DNA of 52,581 nucleotides from Chiloscyllium plagiosum (lineage: Eukaryota). The translations under genes were made by a program, and so were the position numbers. The notes below the pieces were generated by a model that saw only the letters and a list, made by a program, of their open reading frames with translations, was not told the DNA's origin and did no database searches. The stretch covers positions 32,303,153 through 32,355,733 of the forward strand of contig NC_057719.1 in the NCBI RefSeq assembly GCF_004010195.1, read 5' to 3'. Of the stretch, positions 23,536 to 36,853 are shown in pieces (the stretch's first letter is position 1; each line of letters begins with the position of its first letter).

Positions 23536-23920
23536 TTTGTAACATTGAGTATTAATGTGTAATAAATAATCATAGATATACCAATCTTTGACTTCTAGTT
23601 ATGTTAGGTTAGATCAGATTAAACTATCTTCTTTGTGTTCATCTCCACATGCTCTCAAGGTATTTTCCAGAGTGCAAAGTTTTCATACGGTCTGAAGCTT
23701 TTCTTAGTATGTTTTAAATTGGTCTACGCTGTGGTATTTATACCCAGTGATGAGCAGCTCTGAGACATCATCAGAAGGTTGCTCTGTGTCCTGAAACCTT
23801 TAGACAGCAGATCAACTCTTGTTGACACCAACTGTTTTTTTTAAAGAGATCTTTCTGACCTGATGAGCTGAAATGGCCTCCATCTGTGACACATTCCTTT
23901 GCTTCTGCAAGCAGAAGGGT

Positions 23921-24425
23921 TCATAGGAACAGGCATAGGCCATTCATCCCCTCAAACCTGTTCTGCCATTCAATGAGATCATGGCTGATCTGCGGCCTAA
24001 CTCCATATATCTGCCTTTGGCTGACATCCCTTAATGCCTTTGCTTAACAAAGATTTAATTCTCTCAGATTTAAAACTAAGAACTGATCTATGTCATTGTG
24101 GAAAAGAATTCCAAACCTTTACCACCCTTTGTGTTTAGACATACTTCCTAACTTCTCTCCCAAAGTGTCTGGCTCTAATTTTTATCCTAGCTTTCCTCGA
24201 TCTAGAATTCCCAACCAGAAAAAATATTTTTTATCTCCCCTCTCTTTTCCTGTTAAGGTTTTGAAGACTTTGATTGGATCACCCCTGAGCCTTCTAAACA
24301 TGTCTAATTTGGATAACTTCTCCTCATAGATGAACTCCTGAAGTTCAGGCTTCATTCTTTTAAGCCTATGATGTACGCCCTCTGAGCCCAAAATACCCTC
24401 CCCACCATGTGGTGACCAGATATCA
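23921..24425 (-). mobile_element. CR1 3' fragment
   Basis: YEEKLSKL..RRLRGDPIKVFKTL and a typical 3'UTR (cataggaacagg..taggccattca..gatcatggctgatc). Confidence 0.88.
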
Positions 24426-25289
24426 TTTTCTTCCCAAATGCTGTACAAGTATTATCCATGCATGCTTTCCTGTTTCACTTATGCTCAAAACAGCCTTTTC
24501 CTATTGCTACTTGTTAATCAAGTCACTATTGTTTCAAATAGCTGATGAACAAGTGCCTGTAGTTTCTTTTCAAGCAATTGGTGAATGATGAATAGTTTGA
24601 ATTTAAAGGCATTCTAGGAAGTGTCCTTTACCTTCTAGTACAGATGATTGGCTCATTAACTGTCAGCAGTAACTTGGCAACCTCATTGTTTGAGTCTTCA
24701 GCATTTAGCAAATAAGAGTTTAAAAGTGGAAGAGTCTGTCGCTGTCCACCTTGTGCATTCTGCCAGTGCAGAATTCCTCTAATGACTGAATCAATGTATT
24801 ATCTTTTCAAGAGACATGAGGTTTCAACATGTGCACTGATTTTTTTTTTGAAAGAAGATACAAATCAACTTTTGAAGTAAGGTCTGCCGAATCGTGATGT
24901 CATTTCTCATAACAATGACAACTCTTTGTGACTCTATGCTGTAAGCCATTTGCAGGCAAAGTGTTGTGACAGACTGAACATAAGTCTCCTTTGATGAAGA
25001 ACTTCCAAATACTAACACCCATTTTTGATTTCTGGATAGTGTTGTCAGATGGCCTAATAAGTGGCAAAATAAAAACATCCCTTTCACAGAATTTAAGATC
25101 TATCTACATTTGTGACTACCCAACGACAACCATTGGAAGAAAAAACATAGCTGACATAAAAATCAAACTGGGTAGAATAGATACTCTCCTGCAATTTCCC
25201 ACTGAACGTGTTAAGTTGTAGCAATGCCAAATATGTTGAACTCTTTCAACTTTACATGGCTTCATATCCTGGTTGTATTCATGTTTTGA

Positions 25290-25492
25290 ATGAGATGTTA
25301 ATTTAAGGTATAGTCTCTCAGGTGAATGTACAACATAACCTTGAACCAGAATGGATGGTTTGTCTATGGTATCCTGGCCAACATTTATCTGAGCGTAACC
25401 TTCTTGCTGTTTCTGAGAGCTTGCAATGTGATAATTGCCTGTCATGCTTCTTACAATGACTACACATCAAAATGTCACCATTGATTGCAACA
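25290..25492 (+). mobile_element. Old Deu-domain SINE fragment
   Basis: ctctcaggtgaatgta...ggtatcctggccaacatttatc...tacaatgactacac resembles the Deu domain. Confidence 0.5.
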
Positions 25493-25496
25493 GGAT

Positions 25497-26090
25497 AAAA
25501 CCAAGAACTGCAGTAGCTGGAAGTCTGGAACAAAACAGATTGCGAGAGAAACTCAACAGGACTGGCAGCATCTCTGGGGAGAAAGCAGAGTGAATGTTTC
25601 AGCTCCAGTGGTCCTTCTTCAGAGATAGCAGTCACATTCAAACAGCTTAACACTGAAATATCAGTCTGTTTCGTGTTCAGCCAAGTAGAGTGGAGCTTCA
25701 ACCAATAAGCTCTAATTCAAAAAAAAAGACTGCAAACAATTGGGTAATGTTAATCCTTATAATTGCAGCAAAGCTTTGGAATGTGTTCTGTGTGTCCTGA
25801 ATTGGTATACTGGGACAATTTGTGCTTCCCCCCGCCCTCCAAAGCAAAGTGTACATCAGCCGAATATAGTTACGGCTTGGTATTCTGGATTAAATCAAAT
25901 AATTAGTGAGCAGGCTCTTGAACGTAGTCACCAAAACAGAATTTGCCGGAGGAACTGAGCAGGCAACTCGTGCTGCTTATGATGAAGGGTCACTGGACCC
26001 CAAAATGTTCACTCTGCTTTCTCTCCATAGATGCTGCTGAAACTTTGCAACAATTTCTGTTTTGTTTCTGAGCATCCACATTTCTTTATT
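25497..26090. mobile_element. Two opposed PLE-terminal fragments (25497-25625 minus, ~25978-26090 plus)
   Basis: ggcagcatctctggggagaaagcagagtgaatg..tccagtggtccttcttca is mirrored by tgatgaagggtcactggac..atgttcactctgctttctctccatagatgctgc. Confidence 0.65.
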
Positions 26091-26701
26091 AGTGAATGTA
26101 AAAAAAAAAACACTCAGTCACTTCAAAAAAATACAGATACCTGTGGCCTGTACAGACATAGGTTGAGCAAGTTTGAGCCTTGAGTCATATTTAGCATGTG
26201 GCACAATTCAAGAATTGATTCCCCACTCAAGCTCAATTCCCCTGAAGTACTAACAAAGATGTGATGCTATGTTTGACATCTTTGACCTTTAACATCTCAT
26301 TTGCACAATGTGTATTCCCTTCAGAGCCCTTATACTTCTGTGCTTCACTTTGTCCTGTTCTTCATCTGAAATCAAAAACCATGTTGCAATCTGTCTGCTT
26401 GTCCAGTTAGCATTAACTCTCAGTAAACCTTCACTGTGCCAGATGATTGATAATGCAACGTAGCACACTTTCCACCTTTGTAGCAAATCAATTTTGGGGT
26501 TAGATTTTCAGCTTTGAGAGGAAAGCAGACAGAACAGCAGGAGCATGTAGGCAGAAAATTTGGGCTGGCTTCTCCACAGCTGAATTTTCTCTCTACCTAT
26601 GTAACCCTTTATATATTTTTGTTATTGGTGCTTGATAACTTTATAACACCCTGAACCACACTTGTAGTGTCACAGCAAATAATTTCAGTCTAAAGTGAAC
26701 A

Positions 26702-26917
26702 CAGTCAGTTCTTCCATAACACAATGGTTGTGTTCTTGTGCAACCCTGTGTTATAGAAAATTTGCGCTTTAGATACAGTGGTTAAAGTGTTGATGTATTC
26801 GCATTACAGTCAACACGCATTTTATAAGTTTGTATTTTAGAAAAAGCATCCCCAACTTGTCAATCGCGTTACAGTGAATTTGTGTTAACAAACTGTGTGT
26901 GATAGCAGAACGACATG
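26702..26917. mobile_element. MITE, probably Tc1/pogo (Tigger)-type
   Basis: Imperfect TIRs (cagtcagttcttccata / tagcagaacgacatg, followed by ta); homologous to 29044-29246. Confidence 0.7.
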
Positions 26918-27429
26918 TACGTGTTTCATGTTATATAACATGACTGTGTTTAACATCATCATTAGCTCTGCTCTTCCAGTCTTACGTACGCCTTACCTCC
27001 TTTTAGCAGCTGTCAAATGTCTTGGGGACCTTTCAAACATTTTACTTACTGGAATTTGGTAGCTATTGCCAAAAGATGGCTGTGTCTTGGCCTCCATTGC
27101 TGATCTTGCCCTGAATGAATTTCTAGTCGGATTCCAATTTATGGAAGATTCTAGGACAGGCCAAACTTGGAAGACTGGCTGAAAAATATCACAAACGGGT
27201 AAGTGGGCAATCTTTAATGAGATTACTACCAGTCAACTCTGTTTTGAAAGTAAACAAAAAATATGGGTCATTGACTTAGTTAGCAGTGGCTTGAGTGTTG
27301 CTTTCCTGAAGGGGCAATTACAAATTTAAAACAGAAATAAATCACGACATTAATTAATCTCATTAAAGATTTCTATGGTACTTAGTAAGTCACAAATCAG
27401 GAAGGTTTTGTGGAAAACAAGCAGAGTTA

Positions 27430-27640
27430 ATGGATGTAAGTTTGCTCACTGACCTGGAAGATTTGTTTTCAGATGTTTCGTCACCATACTAGGTAACATC
27501 ATCAATGAGCCTCTGGTGAAGCACTTGCGCAATGGCCTGCTTTTTATTTGTTTAGGTTTCCTTGCGTGGTTGATGTCATTTCCTGTGGTGATGTCATGTC
27601 CTGCTCTTTTTCTTAAGAGGTCGTAAATGGGATCCAGGTG
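27430..27640 (-). mobile_element. PLE 3' fragment (same family as 37947-38711)
   Basis: tttgctcactga...cagatgtttcgtcaccatactaggtaacatcatca...tgatgtcatttcc matches ~37990-38210. Confidence 0.85.
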
Positions 27641-27699
27641 TAAGTTCGTATAAGTTTTTTTTTGTACATTTGTCTAGTTTTTTCTATAATGTTGGCTCT

Positions 27700-28050
27700 C
27701 CACCTCACATGCTCCAGTGAAACAAAATCCCAGGTGATCCAGCCTTTCTTTATAACTCAAAGCCTCCATTCCTAGCAACATCCTGATAAATCTCTTCTGA
27801 ACCCTCTCCAGCTTAATAATATCCTTCCTATAACTAGGAGACCAGAAGAGACAGTATTCCAGAAGAGACCACCTGAATAACCTTTACATGATGTGCCAAC
27901 TCCTATAGCCAAAGGTCTGAGCAATGAAGGCAAGCGTGCCAAACATCATTTTAACCACCCTGTCTATATGTGATGCCAACTTTGAAGTATTCTGTACCTG
28001 AACCCCTGGGTCCCTCTGTTCTACAATGCATCCTTTAACTGAACATGTAT
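27700..28050 (-). mobile_element. CR1 RT C-terminal fragment
   Basis: EQRDPGVQV..KLASHIDRVVK..FGTLAFI (27884-28126). Confidence 0.8.
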
Positions 28051-28149
28051 AGCTAAAAGCAACGCAGGAGAAAAACTGCAAAGTGATGCCGCAGCACAGT
28101 GAGACTGGTGGGTCTAGGCTAAGCAATTAATTGAATCAGCCCATAATAA

Positions 28150-28514
28150 GATCATTACAAAATTATAAAGGGCATGGATAGGGTAAATAGGCAAAGTCTT
28201 TTCCCTGGGTCGGGGAGTCCAGAACTAGAGGGCATGGGTTTAGGGTGACAGCGGAAAGATATAAAAGACTTAAGGGGCAACTTTTTCACGAAGAGGGTGG
28301 TACATGTATGGAATGAGCTGCCAGAGGAAGTGGTGGAGGCCGGTACAATTGCAACATTTAAGAGGCATCTGGATGGGTATATGAATAGGAAGGGTTTGGA
28401 GGGATATAGGCCGGGTGCTGGCAGGTGGGACTAGATTGGGTTGGGATATTTGGTCGGCATGGACGGGTTGGACCAAAGGGTCTATTTCCATGCTGTACAT
28501 CTCTATGGCTCTCT
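28150..28514 (+). mobile_element. Well-preserved CR1 3' end
   Basis: aactagagggcatgggtttagggtga...ggaatgagctgccagaggaagtggtgg...catgctgtacatctctatg. Confidence 0.9.
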
Positions 28515-29043
28515 AAATTTTAAAACTGTTGATTAAATACACTAGATGATTAATTTAAAAAGTCAAGTTTATTTGTGAAATGTCACACATGTAACACATG
28601 GGGTTCAAGAGAATTGCAATTGTGAACATATCAAATCTGCTATTTGTTGATAATTGCTCTATCCCATAAATCCATTTCCCAATAGCAAATGAGTACATGT
28701 TTACCTAAGTTAACCTGCACATTTCAACAAAACCATAAAAACATTTTCAATTCCTTTTTCTGTCTCTTGCTAGTTTACTGCTATATTCTTTTTTTTTCTT
28801 CCTTTATCAATTTCCTGGCCATCCTTGCTGAATTCTAAAATACTCTGAATTTTCAGGCTTACTCATTTTGTCCTCTTCCTTTGAACTAATGCCATCTGTC
28901 TCCAGTTGTTAGTCATGTTTAGATGATGTTTCCTGTTGGACTTTTATTCCTTAAGTGAATAAATTTGCCAAAAATTAGGAAATAATTTGGTAACTGATCT
29001 CCAATGCTTGTTTACTGACATTTTTAATGCAGTTTCCAATCTA

Positions 29044-29246
29044 CAGCTAGTTCTTCTATAACGCGATGATTGCCTTATTTAAAAAAAAGTCACACTTTTA
29101 AAATAGTGCTTAGAATGGCGCTGTTGTAATTGTGTTACAGCTAACATATGTTTTAAAAGTTTGCGTCTTAGAAACAGTGTCCCCAATTTATTAATTGCAT
29201 TACAGCGAACTCATGCTAACAACACGTGTCGTAGCAGAACAAATTG
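29044..29246. mobile_element. MITE, same family as 26702-26917
   Basis: ta|cagctagttcttctataacgcg ... cgtgtcgtagcagaacaaattg, with shared internal blocks. Confidence 0.7.
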
Positions 29247-29384
29247 TGCCTTTCAATATTTACTCCCCATACCAGGGGAATTTGCTTTATTCAGATTTAA
29301 ATGAACAGTTGTGAAAGTAAATAAATTATTCTCAATCTCAATGTAAAATTCTATAACATTGTGATCTCTCTTCCCTCAACCTCT

Positions 29385-30055
29385 TTAGACAATAGGTGCA
29401 GGAGTAGGTCATTCTGCCCTTTGAGTCAGCACCACCATTCATTATGATCATGGCTGATCATCCTCAATCACTTTACTACAAGGTTATTAACCAACTGATC
29501 TCTCAGCCTATTCTCAATAACCTGTTCACAAATTAATGACTTGCAAAACAATTGAGTATAGGTTCCATGAATGAATGTAAGTTCGGTTTGCCTGGCTATT
29601 TTTCCCCATGATTGCAGCACCACCCTTATTACATGAGAATGTAAGAACATAAGAATTAGGAGCAGGAGTAGGCCATTCAGCCACACAAGCTTGCTGTCCT
29701 ATTCTATAAGATTGTGGTTATAGGCCTCACTCCACTTTTATGCTAGCTCCTCAAATCTATAGTAAATCTCAAATCTGTCTAACCTCTCTTTCAATACTTG
29801 CAGTGATCTAGCCATCACCACTTCTTGGGTTGGGGGATTCCAGACATTCACTGCCCTCTGGGAGAAGAAATTCCTTCCCATTTCAGTTTTAAATGAGTTT
29901 CTTTTTATTCTGAACTACGTTTTCTAGCTTGAGATTTGCCCACCAGTGGATATAACTTTTCAACAGCTGTCCTATCCCCTCAATGTTGTGTGCTTCAATA
30001 AGATCACCTTTATCCTATTAAACTGATGAATGAAAACCTAACTTGTTTAGTTCTT
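29385..30055 (-). mobile_element. Two CR1 3'-end fragments (29385-29470, 29642-30055)
   Basis: ggagtaggtcattctgccc..gatcatggctgat and taagaacataagaattaggagcaggagtaggccattcagcc tails. Confidence 0.8.
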
Positions 30056-30231
30056 AAAGTGAATATAGTTTAATTTTCTGATTCATATTTATTAATTACA
30101 CCATTATTCCTGTTAGAATATATATAATTTACATCCATCAATACTCCCCCCCCCCCCCCCCCCCTTTTTATGCTCTTTTTGAACTGATTCAATGTTAATT
30201 TTATGTGCTAAGATTCTTTCTCCCTACTGTA

Positions 30232-30516
30232 CAGCACAGTGACACATGAGCTAACACTGCTGCCTTATAGCGCCAGTGACCCAGGTTCAGTTCCACTCTT
30301 GGGGACTGTCTGTGTGGAGTTTGCACATTCTGTGTCTGTGGGTGCTTCGTTTTCCAACCACTGTCCAAAAGTGTGCAGGCCAGTTGGATTAGTCATGGTA
30401 AATGTGGATACGGGGATAGGATAGGAGTCTCCGGTGGCAAGCTTTTTGGAGGCTAGATACAGACTCTATAGATATGGTGTCCTCTGTAGGGATTTATATG
30501 ATTCTATTCTATGATT
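30232..30516 (+). mobile_element. Diverged HE1-like SINE
   Basis: cagcacagtgacacatgagctaacactgctgccttatagcgccagtgacccaggttcagttcc...tgtgtggagtttgcacattct...tgtagggat..attctatg. Confidence 0.85.
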
Positions 30517-30663
30517 ACTGCATTCATCCAATCCTTTATTATCAGGATTACACCCTTCTTTTCCATTTTGTCTGTTCAGAAAGTCAAGTACTCTGACAAT
30601 TTAGATTCTAATCTTTGTTATTCTACAAATAAGGGCAAAGAAAAATAGAGGATTTGTGTTGGA

Positions 30664-31445
30664 ATCATGAGACATAGGAGCAGATGTAGGCCATTTGGCC
30701 CACTGTGATGATGCAGTTCACTGAGATCTTGGCTAAGCTGACGATCCTCAACTCCATTTTGCTACTTTTCCCCTTAACTCTTGATTTCCTTTCTGACTAA
30801 CAAGAATGTCTACCTCAGCCTTGAATATATTTAATGACCCAGCCTTTACAGCCCTTTACAGTAAAGAATTCCTTTTGATAGAAGAAATTCTTCCTCATCT
30901 CTGCCTTAAAGGGGCAATCCTTTACTTTGAGGTTTTGCCCTTTGGTCCTAGACTCTCCCACAAGGGGACACAACCTTTCAGCATCTCCCTTCCCCTTAGA
31001 ATCTTGTATATTTCAATAAAGTCATTTCTCATTCTTCTTAAATCCAATGAGTACAGACTCAAACTATTAAACTGCTCCACATGAGAAAATGTCTCCATGC
31101 CTGGGATTGACCGAGTGAACCTTCTCTCCAATACCAGTACACCTGAACCAGCAGCATTCTGAAAGCTTGTACTTTCAAATAAACATGTTGACTATAGCCT
31201 GGTGTTGTGATTTTTAACTTTGTCCACCCCAGTCCAACACTGGCACCTCCACATCATTCTTTAGATAAGGGGACCAAAACTTTTCACAGTATCTTTGGTG
31301 ACCTTTAAGCGGCAATTGGATAGGTACATGGATGGTGCTTAAACTAGGACAAATGTTCGGCACAACATCGTGGGCCGAAGGGCCTATTCTGTGCTGTATT
31401 GTTCTATGTTCTATGTATTCTAGGTGTGATCTAAATAGTCTTGAT
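30664..31445 (-). mobile_element. CR1 3' fragment containing a mini-PLE terminus (~31141-31256, +) and a short CR1 tail (~31301-31415, +)
   Basis: RRFTRSIPGM..RRMRNDFIEIYKIL (30922-31131); aaataaacatgttgactatagcctggtgttgtgatttttaac matches the PLE end at ~17930-17975; gggccgaagggcct..ttctatgttctatg tail. Confidence 0.8.
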
Positions 31446-32389
31446 AAAATTGTACAACATTCTATCAGCTCCCAACATATTCCTATGGCCAGGTAAGTTT
31501 TCAAATGACTGTGTAGGTTCAGATTGGTAGCCAGGTCCATGAAGGTGAGCAGCCAAGTTCAGTGTTTAAGACTCTAAGTAGGAATTATTTTTGTGCTTTG
31601 CAGAAGCAGTGTTCAGTTGCATCACAGTATCTTTCTGGCCATAAAATGTGGCCATAAAAAGCATTAATAAAATTTCATCTCTGCATTTTTATCAGCTGAC
31701 ATATCTAATTACACATGGAAGAATGAACTATTCACCCTTCTGAATTTTTTTAGTGCCTGTCTAATGGTCCCTTTGCATATTCTAGCGCAACATAGGGCTG
31801 CCACAATAACCATCACCTGGTTGCTGACATTTTACAGGGGGAAAGGTTTTGTGGATAGTTTTGAGCAAATCTGGGCCTACTAGCCTTGGTTTCAGTGGGA
31901 AGCAACTGCGCATGAACAGAGGCAGCCTACACTGGCCGGGCTACTGCTGACTTGGAAGCAATGGGGTAATGAATGTCATCTCTCTGAGAGAAAGCAATAT
32001 GTTTATGCACTATCGAATGTTATCTCTGGGGTGCTACCTTTCCAATTCTAATAATCTTTTGGAAGGAAAATTGAAAGAGTTTTAGGGTCTACAACACAGA
32101 AAAGGGCCCTTCAGCCCATTGAGTTTGTGCCAGGAAAAGTAACCATCTGACAATTCTATTACTGCAATTTGCTTCAAGTCCTTTTGAACATTGGTTTCCA
32201 TTTAAGAGCATAGTCTGAGTCTGCATGGCCTCAAGCTGAGCTTATACAACCTTAGCATGAGCTTCTGTGGTATGCCTTCTGTTTTTGCTGAAATAAAATC
32301 AGTGTGAGCATAACATGTGCCATCATGGAGTTGGCCATCTCTTTCACGCTGGAAAGGATAGGGTCCAAGCTCTATCCAACCTGACTTGG

Positions 32390-35300
32390 ATAGAACATAG
32401 ACCATATAAAAGTACAGCGCAGTACAGGCCCTCTGGCTCACAATGTTGTGCTGAGAATTAATCTTAATGTAAAATAAAATAACCAAACCTACACTCCCCT
32501 CCCTTCAATTCATTGCTGTCCATGTTCATATCCAGCAGTTGCTGAAATGTCCCTAATGACTCTGCTTCCACCACTACCACTGGCAATGCATTCCATGCTC
32601 TCACAACTCTCTGCGTAAAGAACCTACTTCTGAAGTCTCCTCTATACCTTCCTCAAAATTATGACTCCTTGTGGCTGTCAATCCTGCCCTGGGGAAAAGA
32701 CTTTGGCTATCAACTCTATCTATGCATCTCATTACCTTGTATACCTCTTCTTCCTCCTCCAGAGAGAAAAGTCTGAGCTCAGTCAACCTCTCCTCGTAAA
32801 ACAAGCCCTCCAGTTCAGGCAGCATCCTGGTAAGCCTCCTTTGTGCCCTCTCCAACGTTTCCACATCTTTCCTAAAATAAGGCGACCAGAACTGGACACA
32901 ATATTCCAAATGTGGTCTCAACAGGGTTTTGTAGAGCTGTAGCAAAACCTCGCAGCTCTTAAACTCGATTTCCCCTGTTAATGAAAGCTAAAACACCATA
33001 TGTTTTCTCAACAACCCTACCCACTTGGGTGACAACTTTGAGGGATATATGCACTTAAACACCAAAATCCTGCTGTTCCTCCACACTGCCAAGAATCCTG
33101 TCTTTAATCCTATATCAACATTCAAGTTTGACTTTCCAAAACACATCACTTCTCATTTATCCAGGTTGAACTCCATCTGCTATTTCTCAGCCCAGCTCTG
33201 TTGATGTCGCACTGCAGCCTGCAATAGCCCTCAATACTATCAAATGCATCTCCAACCTTTGTGTCATTGGCAAACTTACTAAACAACCCCTCAATCTCCT
33301 CATCCAAGTCATTTATAAAAACTACAAAGAGCAGAGGCTGAAGAACAGAGCCCTGCAGGATGCCACTCACCACTGACCTCCAGGTAGAATACTTTCCAAC
33401 TACAACCACTCTCTGCCTTCTGTCAGCCAACCAATTCAGAATCCAGAGAGCCAAATCTCCCTGTATCCCATACCTCCTGACTTTGTGAATGAGCCTACTA
33501 TGGGGAGGCTTATCAAATGCCTTACTGAAGCCCATGTACACCACATCCACTGCTTGACCTTTGTCAACCTGTCTCATTACCTCCTCAAAGAACTCAATAA
33601 GATTTGTGAGGCATGACCTGCCCTCACAAAGCCATGCTGACTGCCTTTAATCATGCTATGCTTTTCCAAATAGTCACAAATCTTATCCCTCAGAATTTTT
33701 TCCCAAACCTTGCTGACAACAGACATTAGACTGACTGGTGTGTTCTTGCCAGGGATTTCCTTATTCTCCTGGTTGAAAAGAGGAACAACATTCGCCTCCG
33801 TCCAATCTTCCGGTACGACTCCCGTGGAGAGTGAGGAAGCAAAGATCTTGCTCGCAACTTAATAACCTTCTTTTTTCACTTGCTGGAGCAATTGAGGATA
33901 AATCTGGTCTGGCCCTGGGGATTTATCAATCTTAATCTTAATGTTTGCCAAAACTTCCTGCACATTAACTTCCTCAATCTCGATCTGTTCAAGCCTGTTT
34001 CTTGGCTCCTCAAAGTTCTCATTCACACAAGACCCCTTTCCTTAGTACAAACTGAAGCAAAAAACTCACTTAGGGCTTCCACATCTGCTCAGACTCCATG
34101 CACAAGTTCCTTATGCTATCCTTGACCGGCCCTATCTCCTTCCTTATTATTCTCTTATTCTTCACTTGTCAGTAAAGTGGCTTTGGGTTCTCCATAATTC
34201 TTCCTGCCAAGCCTTTCTTGTGCCCCCTCCTGGCTCTCCTCAGTCCATTTTTGAGCTCCTTCTTAATAAGCCTGTAATCCTCTAAAGCTGTGCTAGACCC
34301 TTGCTTCCTCCACTTTACGTACGCTGCCTTCTTCCTTTTTGATAAGCTCCTCTGTTCTCGTCATCCAAGGCTCTTTAATCTTACCCCATCTTGTCTGTCT
34401 CAGAGGAACAAATTTGTGCATAACTTGCAACAACTTAAACAATCTCCACATGTCTGTTGCGCCCTTTCTGGGCAACAATTACTTCCCAACTCCTGTCTGA
34501 TAGCGTCATAACTTCCGATTCCCCAATTAAATATTTTCCCATGGTAACTGCTCGTTTCCCTCTCCATGACTATGGTAAATGTGAGGCAGTTGTGGTGACT
34601 GTCACCAACGTGTTCTCCCACCGTGAGATCTGACACCTAACCTGGCTCATTGCCAAGCACCAAATTCAAAATGGCCTCTCCCCTTGTCATCCTGTCTACA
34701 TACTGAGTAAGGAAATCCTCCTGAACACACCAGACAAAAATGGGTCCCTCCAAACCATCTGCACTGAGGAGGTTCCAATCAATATTGGGAAAGTTGAAGT
34801 CACTCCTAACAACAACCCTGCTATATCTGCACCTTTCCCAAATCTGCCAGCCTATGAGTTCTTTGATCTCCCTACTGCTATTAGGAGTCTGTAGAAGATA
34901 CCCGATGAGGTAACTGCTCCTTTGCTGTTCCTAACTTCCACCCATACTGATTCAGTAGACAAATCTTCCTCGACAACCTTCATTTCTGTAGCTGTGATGC
35001 ACTCTCTAATTAGCAATGCTACCACACCCCACTTTTTTACCCGCCCCCCCTCACCCTGTTCTTTTTAAATGTTCTAAACCCTGGAACATCTAGCAACCAT
35101 TCCTGCCCCGTGAAATCCATATCTCCGTTATGGCCACAACATCAAAGTCCCAAATACTGGTCCATGCTCTAAGTTCGTCACTCTTCTTTCTGACACTCCT
35201 TGCGTTAAAGCAGACATACTTTAACCGATCCCTTTGTTCATTGCGTGAGAAACCTTCCTGATAGATTCACTACATCCTGTCTCTGCCTCATCTACAACTA

Positions 35301-36655
35301 CCTCCTCTGCCTCAGATGTGTAGCTCTGGTTCCCACCCCACTGCCAAACTAGTTTAAACCCTCCCAAACCACACGAGCAAATCTCCCACCCAGGACATTT
35401 GTGCCCCTCCAGTTCAGGTGCAACCCGTCCTTCATGTACAGGTCCCACCTTCCCCAGAAGGCATCCCAAAGGTTTAAGTATCTAAAGCCCTCCCTTCTGC
35501 ACTTGCTGCCTGTCTCATGGCACCAGTAGCAAACCTGAGAACACTATTCTACTCGTCCTACTCTTCAGCTTCCATCCTAACTTTCTGTAGTCACTTTTCA
35601 GATCCTCAATCCCTTTCCTGGCTATATCAGTGGTGGCAATATGTACCACGATTTCTGGCTGCTCACCCTTTCCCTTCAGAATCTTGTGAACCCGATTGGC
35701 AACTACCCGGACCCTGGCACCAGGGAGGCAACATACCTTCCAGGAGTTCCGTTCCTGACCACAATCTTCTGTCATTCCGTGTATTGGGTCTCCTGCCGCT
35801 AGCGCTTTTCTATTTTCCACCCCCCACCCACCCCTTCCCTTCTAAGCCTCAGTGCCAGAGACCTGACAACTATGGCTTTTCCTGAAGAAGGGCTTATGCC
35901 CGAAACGTCGATTCTCCTGTTCCCTGGATGCTGCCTGACCTGCTGCGCTTTTCCAGCAACACATTTCCAACTATGAACTATGGCTTTTCCCTGGTAGGAT
36001 GTCCCCACAAGCAGTATCCAAACTGGTATACTTATTGCTGATGGAAACAGCCACAGGGGATCCCTGCTCTGACCGTCCGTTCCCTTTCCTCTCCCTGACA
36101 GTAACCCAGTCGTCCTTATTCTAGGCCTGAGGAGTGACCACCTCCCTCTACATCCTCTCAATATCCCCTTCTGCCTCCTGGATGATCTGTAGTTCAGCCA
36201 GCTCCAGCTCCAGTTCCCTAACTTGGTTTTTGAGGAGTTTGGGTTGGGTGCTCTTCCTGCAGATGTGGCCTGTAGAGATATGTGTTGTGTCTCTCACCTG
36301 CCACATTCTACAGGAGGAACATGCTACTGCCCTAACAGCCATACCCTGATAATCTGAAAACCCACACAGGACTAAACAAGGAAGAGAAAAAAATAAGAGA
36401 ACCTGAAAAACTTACCGAGTCTACAGACTCTTATTAAGGTTAGAGGAGGCCCATGGTGTAGGGTCTCGGGTTTAGATTGCACTCAATTAGAAAAGAATCA
36501 CTTACCTTCCCAGCAGGCTCTGCTTCTTCTACTCTCTGTTCCTGTTGCCTGAACTCAAAAAGGCCACTGGCGCGTGAAAGTGGGTCCCTTTGTAGAAACT
36601 CTTACCTTCCCAACAGGATCTGCATCTTCCGCTCTCTGCCCTCTGCCCGAACCCA
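32390..36655 (-). mobile_element. Full-length degenerate CR1 LINE (5'UTR, ORF1 zinc finger and esterase, EN, RT, tail)
   Basis: MAVRAVACSSCRMW..ICRKS (36148-36342), CCLPGARV..VVHIATTD (35515-35820), DSHHN (34400-34636), FSKAFDK..QGSVLQPLLF..FANDTK (33146-33577), LYKTLLRPHLEYCVQFWSP (32601-32945), tagaacatag tail. Confidence 0.95.
35883..35975 (+). mobile_element. 93 bp PLE-derived hammerhead-bearing insertion in CR1 ORF1
   Basis: Perfect 15 bp TSD AACTATGGCTTTTCC (35868-35882, 35976-35990); core CUGAAGA-A-GGGC-UUAU-GCCC-GAAAC-GUC at 35882-35909. Confidence 0.9.
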
Positions 36656-36689
36656 AAATATATCACCATTCCTTCATTGACACCTTGGT

Positions 36690-36853
36690 CAATATCTTAG
36701 AACACCCTTCTTAACAGATCTCTGAGCGCACTGACCACCACATGGATTGGAGCAGTTCAAGAAGATGTCTCACTGTCACGTTCTCCTGGGCAGTTACAGA
36801 TGGGCAACAGGTGGTAGCCAAGTATATTCAGTCATGAAGCACGAAGAAATAAA
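36690..36853 (+). mobile_element. 3' tail of an old LINE (probably the family seen at 41175-41790)
   Basis: caccacatggattggagcagttcaagaaga..ctcac..ttctc..gggcagttacagatgggcaa resembles a common shark LINE tail as recalled. Confidence 0.55.

Noticed and set aside
24640..25260. Short ORFs on both strands in unassigned sequence
   Set aside because: No recognisable motif or convincing splice structure.
26289..26486. Possible Harbinger Myb/SANT remnant
   Set aside because: Only a few scattered residues match.
30146..30164. Poly-C run (G-quadruplex potential on the minus strand)
   Set aside because: Simple homopolymer with no functional context.
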